A DNA stretch of 64,000 bases, taken from NCBI GenBank assembly GCA_965218435.1, contig CBDCKW010000005.1, forward strand, positions 608,001 to 672,000, given 5' to 3'. Numbering within the stretch: position 1 is the first letter of the stretch; every line of letters starts with the position of its first letter. The notes beneath the pieces were generated by a model. It was given only the letters and a program-made list of their open reading frames with translations, was not told the origin of the DNA and did not search any database. Shown in pieces: positions 50,227 to 59,063 of the stretch. This DNA is from Truepera sp. GTDB lineage: Bacteria; Deinococcota; Deinococci; Deinococcales; Trueperaceae. A program made the position numbers and the translations under genes.

Positions 50227-50515
50227 AAGCTTCTCCTTGGCAGGATTCTAGACCCTGCTAGTTTTGTCCAAGGAGATGGACCAAGCCCATTTTTCTCTTT
50301 GCCGCCTATGTAGGTCTCGTCAACCTCTACAGCGTCCTTAAGTGGCTCTTGAAAAGTTTCGGTTTGGGCAGCGTGGCGTAAACGGTGAAGCATGAACCAC
50401 GCGGTCTTTTGCGTCACACCTAAGTCTTTAGCAAGCTGAACGCTCGAAATGCCCTTACTATGCTGCGTGATGAGGTAGATAGCGGTAAACCATTTGCGGA
50501 GAGCGATCTTAGAAT

Positions 50516-51408
50516 AGACCTCCGGCGAAAGTAGGTCAAAGATGACAGACTGTAAGAATGCGAGAGCAAACCGTGCGAAGTCTGGCATTACCGACTGAGA
50601 AGTTCAAGCGCAAACTTGGGGTCAAGCCGCCGACGTTTGCGAAAATGTTAGAGATACTTAAAGCACGAGAGCTAAAGAAAAAGAAACGAGGGCGCACGCC
50701 CGCTTTAGGTTTAGAAGACCAACTTGTACTGACGCTTTCTTTTTGGCGAGAGTATCGGACGCACTTTCATCTTGCAGAGGACTGGCAGGTTGACGAAAGT
50801 ACGGTGCGGCGGACGATAGAACGAGTGGAAGAAGCACTCATCAGCTTGGGCGATTTCACGCTACCGGGGCGTAAAGCACTGCGCGATGACCACAACTTAG
50901 AAGTCGTCGTGGTAGACATCGCCGAATCACCGATTGAACGCCCCAAAAAAACAGCGGGCTTACTACTCGGGTAAGAAAAAACAGCATACGCAAAAGAGCC
51001 AGGTTTTTGTCAACCTAAAGACAAAGTGCATCCTTAGTACAGCTTATGGCAAAGGACGCCGACACGACTTCAAGCTACTCGAGCAGAGTCGCTGTGCCCA
51101 GCACTTGTATAAAGACACCCAACTCCTCTCAGACAGCGGCTTTCAAGGCGTTGCTAAGTTCCACGCTAACAGCCGCACCCCGCATAAGCGCTGGCGTGGC
51201 AAGGTACTCACTTATGAACAAAAAGCTCATAACCGCACCTTGGCCAGAGAACGCATCGTAGCTGAACATGTCATTCGTAAGCTCAAAGTCTTCCGCGTTC
51301 TTAAAGAAACTTACCGTCATAGAAGACGCCGTTTCGGTCTCAGGCTCAACCTCATCGCTGCGCTCTATAATTATGACCTACAAGTTACGTGACTTTCGCC
51401 GGAGGTCT
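50516..51408 (+). mobile_element. IS5-family (ISL2-like) element, 893 bp, 3-bp target duplication AAT
   Basis: Perfect 17-bp IR AGACCTCCGGCGAAAGT / ACTTTCGCCGGAGGTCT. AAT at 50513-15 and 51409-11. Confidence 0.92.
50558..51392 (+). CDS. IS5-family transposase, two ORFs joined by probable -1 frameshift
   Basis: ORF1 YRTHFHLA..VVDIAESPIERPKK. A7 run at 50945-50951. ORF2 YYSGKKKQHT, DSGFQG, RIVAEH. Confidence 0.85.
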
Positions 51409-51646
51409 AATCTTTAAAGATGGTGCCGACGCGGATAGAGAAACGCTTTTTGCACTCGGCACACTTAAAGGTGCGCCCATCAGAGAAGTGATAGACCTTT
51501 GTGCAGCCACAGTGCGGGCAGTATTCAGCGTCACGCCAGCGGATAGCCCGAAGATGATCAATGCAAGCCTGTTCGGTGGGGAACGCTTCAAAAAGGTCGT
51601 ACAGGCTTTTGAATTGCTTGATCATCGGGCTATCTCCTATACCCTT

Positions 51647-51685
51647 ATAATACTCCTATATGCTGATATTGTCAACTTAATTCAG
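51647..51685 (-). promoter_or_regulatory. Promoter TTGACA-17-TATTAT for the IS1595 transposase with overlapping CTGA..TCAG dyad
   Basis: -35 at 51675-51670, -10 at 51652-51647. Shares the 17-mer ATGCTGATATTGTCAAC with 51922-51938. Confidence 0.7.
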
Positions 51686-51692
51686 CAAAGGT

Positions 51693-51902
51693 CTAATTGA
51701 TAGAAGATCGTGTTTTTTCGATGAGGGAGCGTATGAACTCACTTCGTGTAGCATCACCGCGTATGCCGTCAAGCCATACGGCTTGCTCGTCTGACAGCCT
51801 GATATTAACTTTCGTATCGCCTACCTTTGGTCTACCTGCACCTTCGCGTACGCCGCCTGAATTAGCACGTGCGCCGCCGCGTCTATCGCCTTTAATGTCC
51901 AT
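51693..51902 (-). CDS. Small ribbon-helix-helix (CopG-like) DNA-binding protein with GGxRxGAGRP N-terminus
   Basis: GGVREGAGRPK, VNIRLSDEQAVWLD, TRSEFIRSLIE. Confidence 0.7.
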   Translation of the reverse strand: MDIKGDRRGGARANSGGVREGAGRPKVGDTKVNIRLSDEQAVWLDGIRGDATRSEFIRSLIEKTRSSIN

Positions 51903-51908
51903 AGCCTT

Positions 51909-51947
51909 ACGCTAAAGCCTAATGCTGATATTGTCAACCAATTTCAG
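51909..51947 (-). promoter_or_regulatory. Leaderless-type promoter TTGACA-17-TAGCGT-6nt-ATG for the RHH gene with dyad CTGATATTG-N5-CAATTTCAG
   Basis: -35 at 51937-51932, -10 at 51914-51909, ATG at 51902. Confidence 0.7.
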
Positions 51948-52150
51948 ATGGCTTACGCTTTTAAGGCTAGGTCACACACGTATGTAGTTCCCAAATAATT
52001 TGTCCATTACCCGCACTCAATCATTGGCGTTGGAGCAGCAGCCGTCTTACAACCTTGCACGTCATTTTGATAAACTTTTCTTGCCCGAGAACTTCGACAC
52101 CGTAGCAGGGCTTTCTGGCCGAACGAGGCTCGAGCCGGGTGGACGACGCA

Positions 52151-52166
52151 GCGCAATCGATTGCGC
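52151..52166. promoter_or_regulatory. LacI-type operator GCGCAATCGATTGCGC
   Basis: Perfect palindrome 45 bp upstream of the Zn-dehydrogenase start. Confidence 0.8.
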
Positions 52167-52211
52167 CCACAACTGTTTTCTGGTAACAATAAAGCAAGAG
52201 AAGAGGCGCGC

Positions 52212-53246
52212 ATGAAAGCAGTTCTGAAACTCGCGCCCGGCCCAGGAAAAATTGGGGTTGGGGATGTTCCCGAACCTTCACCCGGGCCGGGTCAGGTGCT
52301 CATCGAAGTCGCGGCGGCAGGCATCTGCGGTACCGACTTGCATATTTACCACGATGAATTCAAAACTCGGCCACCAGTTGTTTTAGGGCATGAACTGGCA
52401 GGTGAAGTGGTCGCTTTGGGTACTGGGACCAAGGGTGTGGCGTTGGGCGCTCGAGTCACCACCGAAACTTATTTTTCGACCTGCGGTAAGTGTCGTTACT
52501 GCCGCACCGGCCATCCCAACTTATGTTTGGAGCGCCGCTCTATTGGCTCGGCGGTAAACGGCGGTTTTACCCGTTATGTGGTGGTGCCCGCCCATAACGT
52601 GCACGAGCTGCCGCCCCAGCTCAGTTTTGAGGCGGGCGCTCTCACCGAGCCGCTAGCCTGCGTGGTTCATGGCGTCTTATCGACGCCGACCGTGCGCCCC
52701 GGCGATCTAGCCGTGGTGGCCGGCCCCGGCGCCATCGGTCTATTGACGCTGCAGGTCCTAAAAGCGGCGGGGGCAACGGTGCTCGTGTTGGGGACAGACG
52801 CCGACACCCGGCGCTTGGAGCTTGCGCGTACTCTAGGCGCCGATTACGTACTCAACGTTCACCAAGAAGACGTCGACACTCTTGTCCGCGAGGTGAGCTT
52901 TGAGGGTTTAGGCGCAGACGTGGTTTACGAATGTTCTGGTGCAGGGCTGGCAGCGCAGCAGCTGTTAAACCTTGTGCGCCGGGGAGGCCGCTACGCGCAG
53001 ATTGGCCTTTTCGGCAAGCCAATTGGCTGGGACCTCGACCAGGTCTGCTATAAGGAATTACGGGTTACGGGCAGCAACGCCAGTGTGCCTGCAGCCTGGA
53101 TCGGGGCACTGAAGTTGCTGGCCTCGGGCGCCGTCAAGACAGAAGCGCTTATTTCCGACAGCTTGCCCATCACCGAGTGGCGCGCGGCCTTTGAGCGCTT
53201 CGAACGCAAAGAGGATGTCAAACTCCTCTTGACGCCGATTACGTGA
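52212..53246 (+). CDS. Zinc-dependent (MDR) polyol/sugar dehydrogenase
   Basis: CGTDLH, GHE..G, CGKCRYC..NLC, EPLAC, GPGAIG. Confidence 0.9.
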   Translation: MKAVLKLAPGPGKIGVGDVPEPSPGPGQVLIEVAAAGICGTDLHIYHDEFKTRPPVVLGHELAGEVVALGTGTKGVALGARVTTETYFSTCGKCRYCRTGHPNLCLERRSIGSAVNGGFTRYVVVPAHNVHELPPQLSFEAGALTEPLACVVHGVLSTPTVRPGDLAVVAGPGAIGLLTLQVLKAAGATVLVLGTDADTRRLELARTLGADYVLNVHQEDVDTLVREVSFEGLGADVVYECSGAGLAAQQLLNLVRRGGRYAQIGLFGKPIGWDLDQVCYKELRVTGSNASVPAAWIGALKLLASGAVKTEALISDSLPITEWRAAFERFERKEDVKLLLTPIT

Positions 53247-54019
53247 CGTTGAATGGCCAAGTCGCGCTGGTGACAGGCGCTTCCCAGCCCCGCAGCATCG
53301 GTTGGGGCATTGCCAAGGCGTTAGCCGAAGCTGGGGCGGAGGTCGTCGTGAACGACGCCTATCATCTGGACGATTTGCAGGCTCGAGCAGCCGAGCTGCA
53401 GGCGCTGGGCCAGCGCTCGCTGGCGCTAAAAGCTGACGTGACCGACGCTGCCCAGGTGACCAATATGGTGGCCCAAACGGTCGCCCAGCTGGGCCGGCTC
53501 GACGTTGTGGTCAGTAACGCAGGCATCATTCGTTGGGAGCGCTTTCCCAACATCATGCCCGAGAGCTTAAGAAGCATCTTGCGAGTCAACCTTCTAGGCA
53601 ACGTCAACGTCTGCCGGGCGGCGGCGACAAGGATGATCGAGCAAGGGGAAGGAGGACGGATCATTTTCGTTTCTTCGGTGCAGAGCGATGTGCAGTTTCC
53701 CAGCACCCCCATCTACGGGGCCAGTAAACACGCCATGCACGCGCTTGTGGGCTCGGTCGCCCTTGAGCTTGCCCCGTACGCCATCACCGTCAACCATATA
53801 GGGCCCGGCTGGGTGCGCTCACCCCTCAACGACGCCGCACCCGACCAGCAGACAGCCGCCGACCTAGCGGCGCAGCGTGACGCCGTGCCTCTGCATCGGG
53901 ACGGCTCGATCGAAGAGATTGGCGCGGCGGTAAGCTATCTCGCTTCACCCCAAGCCGCCTACACTACAGGCGCTTTTATCCGTATTGACGGGGGTCTCGG
54001 CATCAGCAAGTATAGTTAG
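53243..54019 (+). CDS. SDR oxidoreductase
   Basis: [18 protein letters not shown]. Confidence 0.88.
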   Translation: MTLNGQVALVTGASQPRSIGWGIAKALAEAGAEVVVNDAYHLDDLQARAAELQALGQRSLALKADVTDAAQVTNMVAQTVAQLGRLDVVVSNAGIIRWERFPNIMPESLRSILRVNLLGNVNVCRAAATRMIEQGEGGRIIFVSSVQSDVQFPSTPIYGASKHAMHALVGSVALELAPYAITVNHIGPGWVRSPLNDAAPDQQTAADLAAQRDAVPLHRDGSIEEIGAAVSYLASPQAAYTTGAFIRIDGGLGISKYS

Positions 54020-54025
54020 TGGACC

Positions 54026-54694
54026 ATGCTGCAAACTCTCCTTTTTTTCGGCCCCGAAGACGCTGTGAGCCAATCTGTAACAGCTTGGTTCGCCACAAAC
54101 GGTTTTGCCATCGACCACATCACGCCAGACTCCAATGATTTCCTCAATTCTGGGCTCATCGGCCTCCTCCTCAAAAGCGTCACACCGTATGTCATTATGC
54201 TTTATCCAAAGCCTCTGAAACAGGGGGTTTTTTTGGAGACCACGACTGAGGACTGGGACGCAGCTCTCCAAACCATTGAAGCCGTCACCTATCTCTTGCA
54301 AGCGTCGGCCCAGCGCCTCAATGAACTCGGTCGTGGGCGCATTCTCGTTCTGAGTCACGTTGCGGCGCTGGCGCCGTTTCGCGGCCTTAGCCTAGTGGGA
54401 ACGACCCTCACGGCGGTAACAGCGCTCATCAAAATGGTGGCGTTAGAGCTAGCGCCGTGTGGCGTCACCGTGAACGCCGTGGCGGTGGGGCCGCTTCTTG
54501 AAGGTCTGCCCGAGGCTTCCAAAGCCCGCCTGGCCGCAGACACGCCGCTGGGCACGGACACAGGTCTCTCGCTGGCTAAACTGTGTTTATTTTTGGCTTC
54601 CGAGGCGGCCGACTACATTACCGGGCAAACCATGCCCGTCGACGGCGGATTTTTGCTTACACGCGGCTCGGGGCTATCTCCTTATGCAGGCTGA
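54026..54694 (+). CDS. Degenerate SDR-fold protein lacking the Gly-rich and YxxxK motifs
   Basis: C-terminal SDR features (ELAPCGVTVNAVAVG, FLASEAADYITGQ..VDGG), but LVGTTL where YxxxK is expected. Confidence 0.7.
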   Translation: MLQTLLFFGPEDAVSQSVTAWFATNGFAIDHITPDSNDFLNSGLIGLLLKSVTPYVIMLYPKPLKQGVFLETTTEDWDAALQTIEAVTYLLQASAQRLNELGRGRILVLSHVAALAPFRGLSLVGTTLTAVTALIKMVALELAPCGVTVNAVAVGPLLEGLPEASKARLAADTPLGTDTGLSLAKLCLFLASEAADYITGQTMPVDGGFLLTRGSGLSPYAG

Positions 54695-55699
54695 GTGATG
54701 GCGCACATAAAGACGATGGCCGACCTGGCACGCTTGGCGGGGGTATCGCCTTCTACCGTATCTAGGGCGCTGAGCAAGCATCCTTCGATTCCTGAGAAAA
54801 CCCGGGAGCGCATCTCCGCGTTGGCGGCCAGACACGCCTATCACCCGAACATACCGGCGCGAAACTTGCGCTTGCAGCGGTCAAACACGGTCGCCGCCGT
54901 GTTTCCGCAAAGCCAGCGGAGTGGCCGACGAATGTCTGACCCATTTTACTTAGAAATCATGGGCGCCATTTCTGATGAGCTGAGCGTGCACGGGTATGAC
55001 CTTCTGGTGTCGCTCACCCGGGGAGAAGAAACCTACCAGCGGTATGTGCTCGACAAACGGGCCGACGGCTTGTTGATTCTCGAGCGGGACACCGAAGAGA
55101 AAGGGGTAAGGCAGGTGCAGGCGGCAGGGGTTCCGTTTGTCGTTTGGGGACCGAGTTTGCCGGGCCAGAGCTACGTTTCGGTCGGCGGCGACAGTTTTTC
55201 GGGCGCGCAACAAGCCGTGGCGCACCTGCTCCGCACCGGCCACACCACCATCGGCTTTGTCGGGGGTGACCCGACCATGATCGAAACGCAGCAGCGCTAC
55301 TTGGGGTTTGCCCAGGCTTTGCAGGCAGGGAATCAAAGGCTCGACGCACGCCTTGTCGCTTATACCGACTATACGCCACAAGAGGCCAAAGTCGCGGTGA
55401 GGCGAATGGTCCAAGACGTTCCGAGCCTAGACGCCGTCTTTTTCTGTAGTGATTTCATGGCGGTCGCTGCTTTTGAAACCTTGCGGCAGGCCGGGAAACG
55501 CATTCCTGAGGACGTTGCAGTGATCGGCTACGATGACATTCCCTTAGCAGCGCATTGCCATCCAAAGTTGACAACTGTGCGGCAGGAGGTTTACGAAGGC
55601 GGCCGAGGGCTGGTAAAAAAACTGCTGCTGCTGCTGGCCGGGGAACAGCCCGATTCCGAGATGCTCGACGTTTCGCTACGACTAAGGGATTCGGGGTAG
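54695..55699 (+). CDS. LacI-family transcriptional regulator
   Basis: TMADLARLAGVSPSTVSRAL, YHPNIPARNL, IPEDVAVIGYDD, LTTVRQ. Confidence 0.94.
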   Translation: MMAHIKTMADLARLAGVSPSTVSRALSKHPSIPEKTRERISALAARHAYHPNIPARNLRLQRSNTVAAVFPQSQRSGRRMSDPFYLEIMGAISDELSVHGYDLLVSLTRGEETYQRYVLDKRADGLLILERDTEEKGVRQVQAAGVPFVVWGPSLPGQSYVSVGGDSFSGAQQAVAHLLRTGHTTIGFVGGDPTMIETQQRYLGFAQALQAGNQRLDARLVAYTDYTPQEAKVAVRRMVQDVPSLDAVFFCSDFMAVAAFETLRQAGKRIPEDVAVIGYDDIPLAAHCHPKLTTVRQEVYEGGRGLVKKLLLLLAGEQPDSEMLDVSLRLRDSG

Positions 55700-55757
55700 G
55701 CGAAACCCCGCAGAGGTCGCAGCGTTGCTTCGGCTGCGTTGCTTGTGATAAGGTTGA

Positions 55758-55771
55758 CGCAATCGATTGCG
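55758..55771. promoter_or_regulatory. LacI-type operator CGCAATCGATTGCG
   Basis: Perfect palindrome just upstream of the RBS of the Gfo gene. Confidence 0.8.
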
Positions 55772-55787
55772 CCCGGAGGAAAACGTG

Positions 55788-56954
55788 ATGCCGACTGCGG
55801 CAGTGATAGGTACAGGTTTTATCGGCCCCGTTCACGTCGAAGCTTTGAGACGTCTTGCCGTGCCGGTCAAGGGCGTTTTGGGCTCGAGTCCCGCCAAGAG
55901 CGGCCAGGCAGCTTCGGCCTTGGGTCTCAGCGTGGCTTACGCAACTTTGGACGAACTTCTCGCGGACGATGAGGTCGGGGTTGTTCATATCGCCTCGCCC
56001 AACGAGCATCACCTCGAGCAGGCCTTGAAAACTCTCAAGGCGGGCAAGCATGTGATATGCGAAAAACCATTAGCGCTGAACACGGACGAAACGAGCCGCC
56101 TCGTCGCTGCAGCCCGAAACTGTCCTGAGGTGGTAGCGGCGGTCAACTACAATGTTCGCTTTTATCCGCTGGCGCTGCAGGCGAGGGCGCTCATACAAGC
56201 AGGTGCGTTAGGGGAGCTGTACACGGCCACGGGCGGCTATACCCAAGATTGGCTGCTAAAACCTACCGATTGGAACTGGCGGCTCGAACCGGGCAAGGGC
56301 GGGCTGCTCAGAGCGGTCGGTGATATCGGTACGCACTGGATGGACCTGATCAGCTTTATAACGGGTCAAAAAGTCGTCAGCTTGCTGGCAGACCTGGAAA
56401 CCTTTGTCAAGCAGCGTTACAAGCCAAGGGGCAGCCCCGAAACGTTTGTAGGGGCGTCGTCTGCCGAGTATACCGTCGCTGAGACCACGTTGGTCGAGAG
56501 TGAGACCGAGGATTTTGGCGCAGTGTTGTTTCACTACGAAAACGGGGCGCGGGGCGTGCTGAACGTCTCGCAAGTCAGTGCAGGGCGCAAGAATCATCTC
56601 AGCTTCGAACTTTCCGGTTCCCGTTCGGCGCTCGCCTGGGACAGCGAAATGCCCAACCGCCTATGGCTAGGTCACCGCGACCGGGCCAATGAAATCCTCG
56701 TCAAAGATCCCTCGCTGCTGGACGTTTCGGTCGCGCCTTACGCAAATTATCCGGGCGGCCACACCGAGGGTTTTCCCGATACCTTCAAGCAACTCTACCG
56801 CGCGGTCTACAGTTACTTGCGAGCTGGAGACTTTTTGGTACCCAAACCTTTTCCAACTTTTGAAGACGGCCACTATGAAGTTTTGCTCTGCGAAAAGATA
56901 GCGCAAAGTCACCGCGAACGCCGCTGGATCGACGTTGCAACAGGAGGATTATGA
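55788..56954 (+). CDS. Gfo/Idh/MocA-family oxidoreductase
   Basis: GTGFIG, CEKPL, DWNWR, DIGTHW, PGGHTEGF. Confidence 0.9.
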   Translation: MPTAAVIGTGFIGPVHVEALRRLAVPVKGVLGSSPAKSGQAASALGLSVAYATLDELLADDEVGVVHIASPNEHHLEQALKTLKAGKHVICEKPLALNTDETSRLVAAARNCPEVVAAVNYNVRFYPLALQARALIQAGALGELYTATGGYTQDWLLKPTDWNWRLEPGKGGLLRAVGDIGTHWMDLISFITGQKVVSLLADLETFVKQRYKPRGSPETFVGASSAEYTVAETTLVESETEDFGAVLFHYENGARGVLNVSQVSAGRKNHLSFELSGSRSALAWDSEMPNRLWLGHRDRANEILVKDPSLLDVSVAPYANYPGGHTEGFPDTFKQLYRAVYSYLRAGDFLVPKPFPTFEDGHYEVLLCEKIAQSHRERRWIDVATGGL

Positions 56955-57883
56955 ACCTGGGATTTGTAAGCGCTATCTTGCCCGACCTGAGCCTTGAAGA
57001 GGTGTTGGCTTACGCTGCCTACGAAGGCTTCGCGTGCGTTGAGGTCATGTGTTGGCCGAGTTCGTCGGCGGACAAACGTCGTTACGCCGGCGTGACGCAT
57101 ATTGACGTCGACAAGCTGGACCAGCCCGAGATTGAGCGGGTAGGCGGCTTGTGTCAAAAATATAAGGTTGCCATTTCGGGTCTCGGTTACTACCCGAACC
57201 CACTGACCGAAGACGTAGACGAGCGCGAGGTGTACACCAGTCACATCAAAAAGGTCATCGCGGCGGCTGCGAAGTTAGGGGTCGGCGTTATGAACACGTT
57301 CATCGGCCGCGACCAAAAGAAATCCACCGAAGAGAATTGGCCTTTGTTCAAAGAAGTGTGGCCGCCTCTCATCGCTTACGCAGAAGACCAGCAGGTTCGC
57401 GTTGGCATCGAAAACTGTCCCATGCTCTTTAGCCTTGACGAATGGCCAGGGGGTAAAAACTTGGCTGTTTCGCCAGAAATCTGGCGGGCGATGTTTGATG
57501 TAATCCCCAGCCAATATTTTGGCCTAAATTTCGACCCTAGCCACCTCCTATGGCAAGGTATCGACCCCCTGCGGGCCATGCGCGAGTTTCATGAGCGGTT
57601 TGTGCACGTGCATATCAAAGACGAAAAGATTTTGAAGACTTCTCTTTATGAGCTGGGCGTCCTCGGTCTAAAGTGGCACGTTCCCAAAATTCCGGGCCTC
57701 GGTGACATTGATTGGGCAGAGTTTTGTGAGACGCTCGAGGATCTTGATTACCGGGGGGCGGTATGTATCGAGGTTGAAGACCGGGCCTTTGGAGATAGCC
57801 TCGGGGGCCGGAAGCGAGCGATTCACGAGTCCAAACGTCACATCGACTTAGTTACCGCGAAAGGCGAGCCTGGGGGGGCGTGA
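56951..57883 (+). CDS. Sugar-phosphate isomerase/epimerase (xylose-isomerase-like TIM barrel)
   Basis: IENCPM, NFDPSH, HVHIKD, PGLGDIDW, CIEVED. Confidence 0.88.
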   Translation: MNLGFVSAILPDLSLEEVLAYAAYEGFACVEVMCWPSSSADKRRYAGVTHIDVDKLDQPEIERVGGLCQKYKVAISGLGYYPNPLTEDVDEREVYTSHIKKVIAAAAKLGVGVMNTFIGRDQKKSTEENWPLFKEVWPPLIAYAEDQQVRVGIENCPMLFSLDEWPGGKNLAVSPEIWRAMFDVIPSQYFGLNFDPSHLLWQGIDPLRAMREFHERFVHVHIKDEKILKTSLYELGVLGLKWHVPKIPGLGDIDWAEFCETLEDLDYRGAVCIEVEDRAFGDSLGGRKRAIHESKRHIDLVTAKGEPGGA

Positions 57884-57936
57884 AAGGCAAACGGGTGAGT
57901 CGGTTTTCATCCGGTTTAATCAATCTACGCCTGTTA

Positions 57937-57966
57937 TGGACACAGAGTGGTCCGTACCAGTATAGT
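57937..57966 (+). promoter_or_regulatory. Promoter TGGACA-18-TATAGT with operator TGGTCCGTACCA (57948-57959)
   Basis: Reverse complement of the operator at 35009 and 47450, with the same spacing. Confidence 0.8.
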
Positions 57967-57993
57967 GGAAGCCAAACATCTTCAGGAGGAATT

Positions 57994-59028
57994 ATGCGCT
58001 TCAAACTCGTCGCGGTTCTGCTCAGTCTTCTCTCGTTAGGCGCGGTCGTCGCTCAGTCTTATACGATTGGGGTATCCAACGGTTTTATCGACAGTGAGTG
58101 GCGCACTCAGATGCTCACGGATATCGAAGACACCGTTGCCGACCTCAAAACTCAAGGCATCGACATCACGCTTGCGGTTGAGAGCGCGGACGTCGACGTC
58201 CAAGGTCAAATTCAGCAACTGCAAAACCTTATCAACCGCGGCGTCGACGCCATCATCATCGACGCCAACGATCAAAACGCTCTCAACCTCACGCTTGAAG
58301 ATGCGGTCGATGAGGGGATCGTGGTCATTGCGGTCGACCAGGAAGTGAGTGCGCAAGGCGTTTACAACGTTGCCATCAATCAAAAAGCGTGGGCCAAGGA
58401 AAGCGCTCAGTGGCTGGCTGAAACCTTAGATGGCAAAGGCAACATCATTTTGATAGAAGGCGTGGTCGGTCACCCCGCCAACGAAGCGCGCATGGCCGGG
58501 GTCGCCGAGGTGCTGGCTGAGTATCCGGATATCCAAGTGGTCGGACGCGAGTCGGGCAATTGGGACCAGGCTACCGCTCAACAAGTGACGTCTGACCTAT
58601 TTGCCTCCGTACCCGACATCAACGCTGTTTGGACGCAAGACGGCATGGCCCAAGGGGTCTGGACGGCGGTACGCACGGCCAACCCGAGCCCTTTCCCTAT
58701 TGGTACTGGGGAAGGTCACGCGGGGTACATCAAACTTTGGAAAGAAATTCTGGCTGAGCACCCCAACTTTCAATCCTACGCGGTCTGCAACCCGCCTGGA
58801 CAGGGTGCCGACGGTTTGCGCGTCGCTGTAGAACTGCTCATGGGCAAAGAAATAGATGACAGCAAGCTCGGGGGTGACTTTAGCAACACGCTGTATGTCC
58901 CGATTCCTTGCCGGGTCACGGCGGACAATCTAGACGCAATGTACGAGATGTATAAAGACAGTCCCAACACATACGTTCTCGACGGGACGATTAGCCAAGA
59001 GGACGCTGCCAGCTTCATGAAGCAGTAG
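57994..59028 (+). CDS. Sugar ABC substrate-binding protein (no adjacent permease/ATPase)
   Basis: RBS AGGAGG, signal peptide ending VVAQ, IGVSNGF..SEWRTQM, WTQDGM. Confidence 0.88.
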   Translation: MRFKLVAVLLSLLSLGAVVAQSYTIGVSNGFIDSEWRTQMLTDIEDTVADLKTQGIDITLAVESADVDVQGQIQQLQNLINRGVDAIIIDANDQNALNLTLEDAVDEGIVVIAVDQEVSAQGVYNVAINQKAWAKESAQWLAETLDGKGNIILIEGVVGHPANEARMAGVAEVLAEYPDIQVVGRESGNWDQATAQQVTSDLFASVPDINAVWTQDGMAQGVWTAVRTANPSPFPIGTGEGHAGYIKLWKEILAEHPNFQSYAVCNPPGQGADGLRVAVELLMGKEIDDSKLGGDFSNTLYVPIPCRVTADNLDAMYEMYKDSPNTYVLDGTISQEDAASFMKQ

Positions 59029-59063
59029 CGGTTTAGGGCAGACACACGTGAGGGGCTTGAAGG

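Larger units (their letters stand above)
47546..50289 (-). mobile_element. IS3-family element (interrupted by IS30), no flanking target duplication
   Basis: IRR TGGTCTTGGTCTATAACTTTGGACAA (47546) vs IRL TGGGCTTGGTCCATCTCCTTGGACAA (50289). orfA/orfB with A AAA AAG slippery site at 49960-49954. Confidence 0.92.
50290..51625 (-). pseudogene. IS1595 transposase, split (51625-51409 and 50512-50290)
   Basis: Removing 50516-51408 and one AAT copy restores the frame F-K-D-S-K-I. The protein ends abruptly after GGKEKN at the IS3 IRL. Confidence 0.88.
50290..51992 (-). mobile_element. IS1595-family element, 3'-truncated by IS3 and interrupted by IS5; carries an RHH passenger gene
   Basis: Zn ribbon CPHC..CAEC plus GTIFKD|SKIALRKWF..KGISSVQL..KTAWFMLHRLR..VEVDETYIGG. 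Putative left end GGGAACTACATA at 51992 (boundary less certain). Confidence 0.8.

Noticed and set aside
50205..50588. 127-aa ORF as an independent gene
   Set aside because: A chimera of the IS5 end, the IS1595 transposase middle and the IS3 IRL.
52000..52215. Short ORFs between the IS1595 end and the Zn-dehydrogenase
   Set aside because: No recognisable similarity, and they overlap the LacI operator.
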